From assembly GCA_002502095.1 (NCBI GenBank), contig DAPJ01000005.1:15763-79762 (forward strand): a stretch of DNA of 64,000 nucleotides, read 5' to 3'. Positions 30,259 through 39,900 of the stretch are shown in pieces (positions within the stretch are counted from its first letter, which is position 1; each line of letters begins with the position of its first letter). Under the pieces are notes generated by a model, which saw nothing but the letters and a program-made list of their open reading frames with translations, did no database searches and had not been told where the DNA came from. This DNA comes from Euryarchaeota archaeon UBA62. GTDB lineage: Archaea; Thermoplasmatota; Poseidoniia; Poseidoniales; Thalassarchaeaceae. The translations under genes and the position numbers were made by a program.

Positions 30259-32369
30259 ATCTCCAAGTCAAAGTCAGAAGGGATTTGATTATCACTGATA
30301 TTTTCTTCAGAAACCAAGTCTTTATCATCAATATCTAAGATTATATTGTCAGGATGAAGAATATCCTGTTCATCGAGTATATCGGCTATTCTCAGGGCCT
30401 CTTCCATGTCGGAATCCTCCTTGGAACGATCTAATAAATCACTAGCTTCGTTAACTATTTTCCCATCGACCGAATTAAAAACCTCGCTCTCAGGCCTACC
30501 TTCTTCACCAAAGAAATCTTTCTCAAACTCCTCAATATTGATCTTAGGACTTTCAATAATCTCTGCAACTGGGGAACTCTTTCTCACAAATTTTGAAATC
30601 CAATCATCGTCTTCTGGGATATTTTGTTCTTTCTCCCGGGGATTGCCTATTTTCAACGCCCATATAACGCCAAACATTCCCACAACTACTACAGCCATTA
30701 TCATGATAGGCTCTAACCAAGTGTTAATGAGAGGGACAATCCAATTTTCCTCAAGAGCTTGCTCCTCATTCTCTGGCAGGGACTCTCCCTGAATAATTAC
30801 TGGAATGGAATCAATAAAAAATATGCTAGGCTGTAAGAAAGACCTCGTCTCTAAGGTAAGGTTTGCCATAGTTTCAGTCGGAGCCGATTCAGGAACTTGC
30901 ATCCATCCGATAATATCCACTGAATCGTTTCTACTTACAGGATATATCTCCAAATATCTACTTGACTCAGAGACAATAATAGAGGAGAATGAATCTGAAA
31001 TTGTAATTCCAAAATCTGTCATAACGCTTGAATCAATAGATGCAGTAAACCCATCAACTCCGTTGCCGAGGTTAGTCATCGTCCATATGGCTGTCAAGTT
31101 TTTATCCTCGTTTAATTGATATGACATTTCCATTTCCCATGAGTATATGGTTCCAGAATTGAGATTAAAATCGACATAACCAGGGGACCAATCATCAATC
31201 ATCAGACGGATGGTAACTTCTGCAAATAAGTCAGAGTAAGCACCCTCATTAACACTGCATGAAATGGTCATGGCTTCTGATGAAGACCCCGGCTGAAGGG
31301 AAAATATATCATTTCGATAATCTACAGTTGCCCAATCTGGAAGATCAATAACATCCAGACTAAACTGTGAATCACCATCCCCCGTGTTTGTAACAACAAC
31401 CTCCATTTCACAATAGCCCCCGGGAAGTACTTCTACCATGGTACAACCATCCTCTGATATCGATATGGTACCGCCAATTCTGGGTACTATGTTTACGATA
31501 TGAGATACCGAGGAAACACTCTCTGGCGAAGCAGGACTAGAAACCCGTATTTCAAAATCTAAAGCGCCATCAACATCTCCCGGAGAGAATATTTGGACCA
31601 TGACAACTCCCGTTGAGTTAGGGTAGAGGTCTGAGACCCTCCAGCTCTCGATTATCGAAGCACTCCAGTTTTCTATCTCGAAGTAGTCTCCAGGAACTGT
31701 AATCATACTCCCGTTCTCGTCCAAGGCTACAATCTCAACATCAAGACTCCTAATGCTATTTCCAGTATTTCTGACGATCGTTTCTAGTGTTAGGACCCCT
31801 CCAGGTACTATCGAAGATAATCCTCCGCCCTGAACAATCTCAACGCCCTCATAATAGCCATACCTCATCGAGAAGTTATACCAGTCAAGTACCTCTCCTT
31901 GGTCTGATACTATCGACATACTCACCACGTGTAGAGAATTTGACAGCGGAAGGCCTTCAAAAACCGACGGAGAAGTAATCGAGAATTGGACCCAGTAAAT
32001 CTGATCAGGCGATACAGCATATTCTCGACCAGCTTCAGGAGTATCTTGTGAATCCCAAGATATATTCCATCCAGAAGGTCCGTCAATCGATATAATGACA
32101 TTTGATTCAATTTCCAAATTACTACTGAAATTAACATTTATGCCGATACTTGAACCCGGATCGATTCCAAAAATTGAACCCGAATCAGATCCAAAAGAAA
32201 CCCCTTGATTAATTTCAGAAGAAGATATTTTTTTATCATCCAGTTGAACAATATCTTGCGGTGCTGATGTGCAGGTAACGAGTAACATTAGAATTGCAAG
32301 TACTCCCAATCGCACATTCACGAGCTTGCTAGTAAGGGGCCACATATTACTTGTGCCCGAAGAATTCAC
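30255..32369 (-). CDS. Large secreted surface protein of 704 aa with a C-terminal TM anchor and a long acidic cytoplasmic tail
   Basis: Signal peptide VRLGVLAILMLLVTCTSA. Ectodomain Ser/Thr/Asn-rich. TM PIMIMAVVVVGMFGVIWAL. About 130-aa acidic tail. Confidence 0.6.
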   Translation of the reverse strand: MNSSGTSNMWPLTSKLVNVRLGVLAILMLLVTCTSAPQDIVQLDDKKISSSEINQGVSFGSDSGSIFGIDPGSSIGINVNFSSNLEIESNVIISIDGPSGWNISWDSQDTPEAGREYAVSPDQIYWVQFSITSPSVFEGLPLSNSLHVVSMSIVSDQGEVLDWYNFSMRYGYYEGVEIVQGGGLSSIVPGGVLTLETIVRNTGNSIRSLDVEIVALDENGSMITVPGDYFEIENWSASIIESWRVSDLYPNSTGVVMVQIFSPGDVDGALDFEIRVSSPASPESVSSVSHIVNIVPRIGGTISISEDGCTMVEVLPGGYCEMEVVVTNTGDGDSQFSLDVIDLPDWATVDYRNDIFSLQPGSSSEAMTISCSVNEGAYSDLFAEVTIRLMIDDWSPGYVDFNLNSGTIYSWEMEMSYQLNEDKNLTAIWTMTNLGNGVDGFTASIDSSVMTDFGITISDSFSSIIVSESSRYLEIYPVSRNDSVDIIGWMQVPESAPTETMANLTLETRSFLQPSIFFIDSIPVIIQGESLPENEEQALEENWIVPLINTWLEPIMIMAVVVVGMFGVIWALKIGNPREKEQNIPEDDDWISKFVRKSSPVAEIIESPKINIEEFEKDFFGEEGRPESEVFNSVDGKIVNEASDLLDRSKEDSDMEEALRIADILDEQDILHPDNIILDIDDKDLVSEENISDNQIPSDFDLEI

Positions 32370-32394
32370 AGAATACGGGCCATCATATTCTCGG

Positions 32395-34149
32395 CTAGTG
32401 GACAGGGTCCTTTACAATCTTCGAAATTACATCAATATCAAATTCGCCAGCGTGGATGGGCGTCCTCAAGCCGAATGAACTCATTACTTCTGGCGAAACC
32501 TCACCGAACTCTCCAATTTCATGATTTTCGATAAGTACTCTCGCACCTCTGCCATCAATCCAAGGACCCCTACCTTCTGCTACAGGCTCAAAGGAAATTG
32601 AAGGAGTCGGGGCGCCTAGGTCCCTCAAAAGTGACTGAACTATTCCTTTGGCTGTTGAGAATCCCGCTCCCGATTCAGCGCAAGCCCAAGAAACTCTTGT
32701 TTTGTTGACCCCTCCATGAACGACCTCCCCAAGTTCGTAAACCCTCTGAGGGAGCTCATGATGTCTATTTGATGCTAGCAGATTCATTAATGATGGGAAT
32801 ATATACTGCCTGAGTACTGTATGATCAACTGTAATTGGATTAGAAATCACTGTGGCTTCTGATATTATGGGCCACCTAGTCTTCTTGAATTGATCCCCCT
32901 CATTAGAAAGAGTCAGACTCTGAATCTCTTGAAGGCCGACCGACCTCATACTCATCCTTATCCTCCTGTGCAGATTGGACGATTTTAGTGGCGAAGCATC
33001 GATATGTACTGAAGATAAAATATCTGGCAGATTTTCATATCCAATTCCTATTGCTATATCTTCTACAATATCAACAGGATGCATAATATCACTGCGCCAT
33101 CTAGGCATGGAGAATACATGCTCTCTTTCTCCCACCACGCAGTCGGACCATCTTTCCGCCCTCTCTGAACCATGGGTGATGGTCCTAGATTCCAGTAATA
33201 TTCCTCCCATTCTTTGAATCGCTCCGCCAATTTCAGAATCACTGAGCTCCATGCCGAGTATTTTCTCAATGAGTCTGTTCGGGACCCTGTAGGTTTTAGC
33301 CCCAAAGTTTGGGGTCACCTTTACTGAACCATCTTTATCCTGTACCTCTACACTTTCGACTACACCTCCCAATTCTGATAAGGATAATGAAACTAATAGG
33401 AGGCAGGTTTCACACGCTATTTCATCAAAACCTGTTACGTCAATGAAGAAATCATTAGTATCTTCACTAACAGTTGTATGATTTCCATTGATGATAGGGG
33501 GGAGCGAAATGACCTCATTATTGGAATCGAGGATTATCGGATATGCGTCCAAGCCATCCATAAGTTTCGAGTATTCAATTCCTTTTGGATGGCTATCCAG
33601 GATTTCAGAGACGCTCATAACATCCTCGGAGGCTAGTGGCTGGAAGGAAAAGTCACTTGAAACGGTCTCATATCTGAATGGATGCTTTAGCTTGGATAAA
33701 TCATGAACTCCAATGGATGCAAGCGACCTCTTCCTCCCCAAGGTCATGTGTAGCTTCTCTTGGTGATCCATAAGGGACTGGATGAAAGAGTCCCTCTCAG
33801 AAGCACTGTTACCGGTATTTACTCCCCTAACTATGGCCCCCATTATTATTGGCCTCACACCCTCTAAATCCCCCTCCACAGTTATTCTGACGCCGCTGTC
33901 GGAGACCTCTACCGGGGATACTTCTGTATCGCCGTCCTGAAATGACCTAACTGCTTTAGCCATGGTTTCATGACTGAGTAGATCCGGACGATCAGGAAAT
34001 ACCTCGATTTCAATATCATCATCATCATTTAATTCGACCGGACAACCCATCTTGGGCAGCAAATCTGACAAATCATTTTTATTATGAATCGCCCCATTGA
34101 TTTCTTGAATCCTCCTCATCATGGAATGACTCAAAGTAATTGTCGGCAT
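32395..34149 (-). CDS. pheT: Phenylalanyl-tRNA synthetase beta subunit (archaeal)
   Basis: MPTITLSHSMM...LLPKMGCPVELNDDDDIEIEVFPDRPDL resembles the archaeal PheT N-terminus (MPxVxxxxx...LxxLGxxxE). Size of 584 aa fits. Confidence 0.75.
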   Translation of the reverse strand: MPTITLSHSMMRRIQEINGAIHNKNDLSDLLPKMGCPVELNDDDDIEIEVFPDRPDLLSHETMAKAVRSFQDGDTEVSPVEVSDSGVRITVEGDLEGVRPIIMGAIVRGVNTGNSASERDSFIQSLMDHQEKLHMTLGRKRSLASIGVHDLSKLKHPFRYETVSSDFSFQPLASEDVMSVSEILDSHPKGIEYSKLMDGLDAYPIILDSNNEVISLPPIINGNHTTVSEDTNDFFIDVTGFDEIACETCLLLVSLSLSELGGVVESVEVQDKDGSVKVTPNFGAKTYRVPNRLIEKILGMELSDSEIGGAIQRMGGILLESRTITHGSERAERWSDCVVGEREHVFSMPRWRSDIMHPVDIVEDIAIGIGYENLPDILSSVHIDASPLKSSNLHRRIRMSMRSVGLQEIQSLTLSNEGDQFKKTRWPIISEATVISNPITVDHTVLRQYIFPSLMNLLASNRHHELPQRVYELGEVVHGGVNKTRVSWACAESGAGFSTAKGIVQSLLRDLGAPTPSISFEPVAEGRGPWIDGRGARVLIENHEIGEFGEVSPEVMSSFGLRTPIHAGEFDIDVISKIVKDPVH

Positions 34150-34158
34150 TATAGAACC

Positions 34159-35706
34159 TCAGTTTCCTAACCACATCGGAAGAGGCCTTTCAAAACCAAT
34201 TAGCCTGAGTCCACTGATTGCCGCAGTCTCCATATCCTTGGCTCTTAATATTCGCCTACCGACATTGTGAAAATTTGATAATCCTGCTTCTTTCATTATT
34301 CCTACAATCTCGGGAATGATAGTTTCTGAAATATCTGAAATTTCGTTCCCCTCATCAATAGGGCCAACGACGAACGAGCATCCAGAAGCTCTGACGATGA
34401 TCAAATCTTCTGCAGAGGGTTGCTTCTCAAGCTCTATGCCTATTATTCTTCCCTGGGTATCCAACCCCATTGCTCTCGAGGCTAATCCAATCCTTGGTAA
34501 TGCCGCGGCTGCTCTTCCTCCTCCAGGAGTTGCCAAGGAGACTATGGCGCCATCTAAATCGAGATCAACTACCAACCTGAAAAGCCCCTCTATCCTATCA
34601 GCCCCATCTCTAAGGAGGATTAGTGATGAGCTACTCAAATGACTCGACAATGAGACCAAAATAGCCTCAATCTCAGCATCATTCATAGGTGGTAAACTCT
34701 GTAAATCTAGAATAATTCCAGAAATCTCTCCGGCATTGTCTGGAAATTCTGCAAGCCCCCCCTCGCCTACTATCAATAGATCGCCCTTTTTCGGTCCCGC
34801 ATCAACAATACTTGGAATTCTAATCTGCCCATCCGGATAAGTAAAGCCACGGGGCGACCTAATAATCCAAGGGACTGGCAATTCCAAAACCCCCTCATCA
34901 GAACCAACTGGAATTATGCTGATGGATGTATCAATTATTGAGTAATCAGGAATTCTATCCGAACTGGATGGACTAATCCCTATTCCATCGAAGCCTTCGG
35001 ATACCCATCTCTTGGGTGTGATACCCCTAATCGAAGACTCCTTGTCTGGAACCAAAACTAATGCATCCTCCTCAAGGGAAAGACCGAGCGGCTCTAGGAA
35101 CTCTTCCAGCTCAATGACTTCTTTATCTGTTATTGATCTCATCGTTGAACCCTTTCCAGGCGGTGGACAACTACCTGCAATAATCACTCTACCTCCCTTC
35201 ATCCCTAAACCTGGATCGGGTCCAACGGAACCCATGACAATCAAAGTTCCCCCTAACATTCCCGATCCAGCACCAGACGAGGCTTGTCCTCTGACTACTA
35301 CTATACCATCATTCATCCCCGCACAGGCATCCTTACCAGCAGAGCCCATAACAGTCACACTTCCCCCATTCATATTCATTGCCAGCCTGTCTCCAACATC
35401 CCTCTCCACGACAACTCTGCCATCAGATTGAAAGGCGGCCAGCATAGACTCGCAACTCCCCTCAATATTCAGCGTACCTCCTCTATTCATCGCTCCAACG
35501 CACTCTCCTAAGTTACCAAGAAGTAGTACCCTAGATCCCTTGGGAAGATGAGTAAGAACGCCGAAGTCACCATCTCTAGGCTTGGTGTCTCCACCGGATC
35601 CATAGCCGATTTTTACCAAGCGATCTTTGTCCATAGCCTCAGGCAACATCCTAGCGATTTCTCTATTGAGTTTGACACTCCTTGCGGTCTGTTCCCTCAT
35701 CGCCAT
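34159..35706 (-). CDS. GltB-like protein: N-terminal GXGXG domain (glutamate synthase domain 3 / FwdC-like) followed by a divergent ~300-aa domain
   Basis: N-terminal 190 aa has the repeated Gly-rich beta-helix pattern (NMNGGSVTVMGSAGKDACAGMNDGIVVVRGQASSGAGSGMLGGTLIVMGSVGPDPGLGMKGGRVIIAGS). The C-terminal part lacks the 3Fe-4S Cys cluster of genuine GOGAT. Confidence 0.5.
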   Translation of the reverse strand: MAMREQTARSVKLNREIARMLPEAMDKDRLVKIGYGSGGDTKPRDGDFGVLTHLPKGSRVLLLGNLGECVGAMNRGGTLNIEGSCESMLAAFQSDGRVVVERDVGDRLAMNMNGGSVTVMGSAGKDACAGMNDGIVVVRGQASSGAGSGMLGGTLIVMGSVGPDPGLGMKGGRVIIAGSCPPPGKGSTMRSITDKEVIELEEFLEPLGLSLEEDALVLVPDKESSIRGITPKRWVSEGFDGIGISPSSSDRIPDYSIIDTSISIIPVGSDEGVLELPVPWIIRSPRGFTYPDGQIRIPSIVDAGPKKGDLLIVGEGGLAEFPDNAGEISGIILDLQSLPPMNDAEIEAILVSLSSHLSSSSLILLRDGADRIEGLFRLVVDLDLDGAIVSLATPGGGRAAAALPRIGLASRAMGLDTQGRIIGIELEKQPSAEDLIIVRASGCSFVVGPIDEGNEISDISETIIPEIVGIMKEAGLSNFHNVGRRILRAKDMETAAISGLRLIGFERPLPMWLGN

Positions 35707-35830
35707 AGTACTCCGAGTCTAGCCAATGGTCTTCATTGTGACGGATATTTTTCATTTGCTGATAAATAATAGCTTCATTGAGTTATCTTGATAGAGCATC
35801 GACTAGAGGATATATTGTTCAGGGGTTAGT

Positions 35831-36871
35831 ATGGCACGAGTGAAAGTAGCTATTAATGGGTATGGGACAATTGGAAAGAGAGTTGCGGATGCAATAGACG
35901 CACAGGATGATATGGAGATCGTGGGCGTTACCAAGACAGGCCCAAGCTTCGGTTGTGAGATGGCAGCTAAGAAGGGATTTGACCTCTATTGCACATCTGA
36001 TGACAAAGATATGATTTCTAGCTTCGAGAACTCTCGTTTTGTTTGCAAAGGTGGACTCAAAGACTTACTTTCCAAATCAGATGTAGTCATTGATTGCTCT
36101 CCGGGAAAAATGGGTGCGGTCAATCTCAAAAAGTACCAAGAGGCTGGAGTAAAGAGTATATTTCAAGGAGGTGAGAAACACTCACTGACCGGACTTTCTT
36201 ACACATCTTGCGCAAATCATTTGGAAAATTTTGGAGCAGAAACAACAAGAGTTGTTTCTTGTAATACCACGGGACTCTCTAGAACATTGGTGCCATTGTA
36301 TGACCTGTGTGGCTCTCTGAAAGTAGAATGTACAATGATCAGAAGGGCGGCGGATCCAGGTGACTCGAATAAAGGCCCTATAAACGCTATAAAACCGGTT
36401 TTGAAGGTACCTAGCCATCACGGCCCAGACGTGATGACAGTAAAGCCAGAAATTGAGATCAATTCACTCGCAGTAGCGGTACCAACAACGATAATGCATG
36501 TCCATGCAATCATTGCCGATCTTCCGGAGAATCACGGCCTCACCACTCAAACAATTCTGGATATATGGAACGAAACTCCGAGAGTTATCGTGATGAACGG
36601 CCAGGGCAATAGGATCACCACTACTGCCGAGGTAATGGAGATGGCCAGAGATATTGGGAGAAAATGGGGAGATTTGCATGAAATTTTTGTCTGGGAGGAT
36701 GGAGTTAGACTAATAGGAAATAGGCTGTATTATTTCCAAGCTATCCACCAAGAGAGTGATGTGATCCCTGAGAACGTAGACTGTGTAAGGGCTCTAATGA
36801 AACTTGAGGAAAGCTGGACCGAAAGTGTCACGAAGACAGACCAAGCAATATCCAGATATTACAATATTTGA
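35831..36871 (+). CDS. gap: Glyceraldehyde-3-phosphate dehydrogenase, archaeal type II
   Basis: KVAINGYGTIGKRVADAI N-terminus. Active-site SCNTTGL. 346 aa. Confidence 0.9.
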   Translation: MARVKVAINGYGTIGKRVADAIDAQDDMEIVGVTKTGPSFGCEMAAKKGFDLYCTSDDKDMISSFENSRFVCKGGLKDLLSKSDVVIDCSPGKMGAVNLKKYQEAGVKSIFQGGEKHSLTGLSYTSCANHLENFGAETTRVVSCNTTGLSRTLVPLYDLCGSLKVECTMIRRAADPGDSNKGPINAIKPVLKVPSHHGPDVMTVKPEIEINSLAVAVPTTIMHVHAIIADLPENHGLTTQTILDIWNETPRVIVMNGQGNRITTTAEVMEMARDIGRKWGDLHEIFVWEDGVRLIGNRLYYFQAIHQESDVIPENVDCVRALMKLEESWTESVTKTDQAISRYYNI

Positions 36872-36896
36872 GCTTTTTCACGGCTTTTTACTCGTT
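36872..36896 (+). terminator. T-rich tract (gctttttcacggctttttactcg) after gap, a probable archaeal oligo-T terminator
   Basis: Two T5 runs directly after the gap stop codon. Confidence 0.4.
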
Positions 36897-36916
36897 ATTG
36901 GTTATGATTATTCTAT

Positions 36917-36949
36917 AATCAGCTTAGGTTAACTGTCAAAAGGCTGATT
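36917..36949. promoter_or_regulatory. Second inverted repeat AATCAGC-N19-GCTGATT overlapping a TATA-like ttctataat box
   Basis: 7-bp perfect arms (aatcagc ... gctgatt) between the gap terminator region and the giant subtilase gene. Confidence 0.3.
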
Positions 36950-36950
36950 A

Positions 36951-36965
36951 GGTTCCGAAGGAACC
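36951..36965. promoter_or_regulatory. Inverted repeat GGTTCC-GAA-GGAACC abutting the start codon of the giant subtilase
   Basis: Perfect 6-bp arms with a 3-nt spacer immediately 5' of ATG 36966. Same core as the 968-980 element. Confidence 0.4.
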
Positions 36966-39900
36966 ATGTATGCAAGGAAATCAACTTTCCTTGTCCTTAC
37001 TGTTTTGTTATTTTCTTCATGGTCGGGAATGGTTTCCGCCTCTCCTCAAGGTACAGATTCGATACATTCTCAGGATCTCGATAATTATCATTTTGAGAAA
37101 TGGGCCTCTCTGGAATTTGCCTCAGAGCACGTACACCAAATCAGGCAAACTTCAGGCCTAATACACTCGCCGTATGGGTCATTTGATCCATTGATGGATG
37201 ACTACCCAATCTTTGGAGAATTAGATACCGGCGATTACAGTTACTCAGATAGGCCAGTCTTTGTGATTCAATCTGATAGCTCTGACATTTCGGGAATATC
37301 ATATTCAGTGGAAGAGGTAGGGGGCGCAATACTCGACTATATGCCCGATAGCGCGCTTCTTGTGAGGCTTCCCCTACACGTTAATGCTGATAATTTCTTA
37401 GACTCTTTAGCCAATGTAAGGTGGTCCGGGCAAATGCCTGATATCTGGAGGGTATCTCCTGAAATCCTAAGTAACATAAATCTCCCTTCATCACAATTAA
37501 ATCTTCAGATTTTACCTGCTAATGACTTAACTATTGAAGAGCTGACCTCCCTAGAGAGGGACCTATCCCTGATTTCCAATTATGATCAATCAACTAATTG
37601 TGACTCGTGGCTGTGTACGATAGAAAGTATTGATTCAATGTGGATTCCTCTCTTATCCAAAGACTGGAGGATTCTGCATATCCAAACCACAAGCACTGCA
37701 TCGGTATACAATAGCGTGGCTAGAGAAATTTCTGGCGTACAAGGTGCATATGAGCAATCATCGATACCTCTGGATGGAACAGGTGAGGTCATCGCTATTT
37801 CGGACACTGGCCTAGACGAAGATCATGGAGATTTCGATGGAAGAATAAGATCAGTATACAGCCAATTTGGGCCAGATAATGATAACTCGGACCTACTTAG
37901 TGGCCACGGAACCCACGTAGCCGCAACGCTCCTAGGAGACGGCTCAGGACAATCATCCGCACTTGGTATGGCTCCTGGAGCAACATTTCACATGTACACT
38001 CACGAGTCTCAAAGTGGCTTCTTCGGTATTTACGGCTCATTGTATGGCCTATTTACACACTCATGGAATCAGAATGCTAGGATACATACCAATAGCTGGG
38101 GCACATCAAACTTAGGTAATTATAGCCAGACATCTTCTAATGTAGATGATTTCGTAAGCGACTATCCGGGCTATATGGTCCTATTTTCAGCTGGCGATAT
38201 TGGTAATACTAATGATACTGGTATCACCCCTCCTGGTACCTCTAAGAATGCTCTAACAGTGGGTGCATCAACAACTGGTTCTTATGGTTCAGAGCCTTCG
38301 GGAAGCGTAGTTTCTTTCTCATCACAAGGATTGACCAATGATGGCAGAATAAAGCCAGAAATTGTTGCACCCGGAGTCCTCATTTGCTCAGCTAGAGCTG
38401 AGGAAGCAACTCTGGTCGATGGACAATCATGCTCCGAATTAACTCACGACGATGGTACTACACCACTCTATGTCGCAATGAATGGGACCTCTATGGCAAC
38501 ACCTGTGGTTGCGGGGGCATCCGCGCTCGTCCGACAGTTTCTGAGGTCTGAAGGAATCAGTGAGCCCAGGTCCGACCTGATTAGGGCAATTCTAATCAAT
38601 GGGGCTGTAGATATCGGAGATAGTAATGTTCCCAACCCCTCTGAGGGATGGGGACAACTCTCACTCGACAACAGCCTCTTTCCAGTCTCAGAAAATGGAG
38701 TGGAAATGGACGTGATGTATGATTATTCAAGAGAGCTTTTTCCAGGTCATGGATTCACCTACACATTCGATGTAAGTCCAGGTGCAGGACTAGATGCTAC
38801 TCTGGCTTGGAACGATCTAAAGGGGTCATCAGTCGCAAATCAATCAGCCTCTCGTTTAGTTAATGATCTCGATCTTTCTGTTACTGCTCCCGATGGGACA
38901 ATTTACCTTGGAAATGAATTCATTTCCGGATTCAGTGTATCTGGCAACTCCATAGATTCCCTGAACAATCTTGAAAGGGTAAAAATTCAGGATGCCTCGC
39001 CCGGTACTTGGACAGTTAGAGTAGGAAACTCAGGAGGGGATACACAGGGCTATTCTCTGGTATTATCTGCTATAGCGAGTGAGATTAGTGAGGCGGATCT
39101 AACTGTTTTCGAAGGTTCTATATCTACTTCAGTGGAGAATCCTTTGCAAGGCGACACTATTCTAATTGAGGCCGCATGGGGAAACCAAGCTACCGCTACT
39201 GCATTAGAATATGATGTGGAAATCCACGATATGACCACTGGGAACTTATTGCATACCTCAAGACGCTCGTCAATTGCAGGAGGCGGACTTGATTCACTCT
39301 CATTCCCCTACTCATTCTCATCAACAGGTGAGCACATACTCAGACTCTCCCTCGACTCATCTTCGGAGGTATTCGAGTTGAATGACGAGGCCAATGGCAT
39401 TAACAATAACATAGCCGAAATGATCGTACAGGTTTCTCAGATAGGAGTGAGAATTACTCCTCTTTTAGAAAGTGGAAATCTGCCATCCAATCCGCTGGAA
39501 TTTGAAGATTCAAGAACTAGAGGTATGAATCCGAGGGAGACCAACTCTGTATACTTCCCTCTCGAACTTAGAAATGAAGGAACTTCAACTATATCCGTCC
39601 AACTCAGCGTTTCTCCTGTAAATATAGTTTCAGAGAATGGGGTATTGCAACCACCATCAGATGAATGGTGGAAAATCCTCAATCAGACAGGACCATGGGA
39701 ACTAGGGCCGATGGGAAGCGAGGGCGATAGGATAGTGGTCGAGCTAAATCTCACCGCTCATCCACGATCCACTTCTTCATCCCTTCCAGGCGAGGTTTAT
39801 GCTCTCCCAGGTACGTTTGTAACCGATTTGAATCTGTTCGATGTAAACGCCCCCACCGTGAATAACGTAATCAGACTCGAAGCAGAGGTAGACAGAATCG

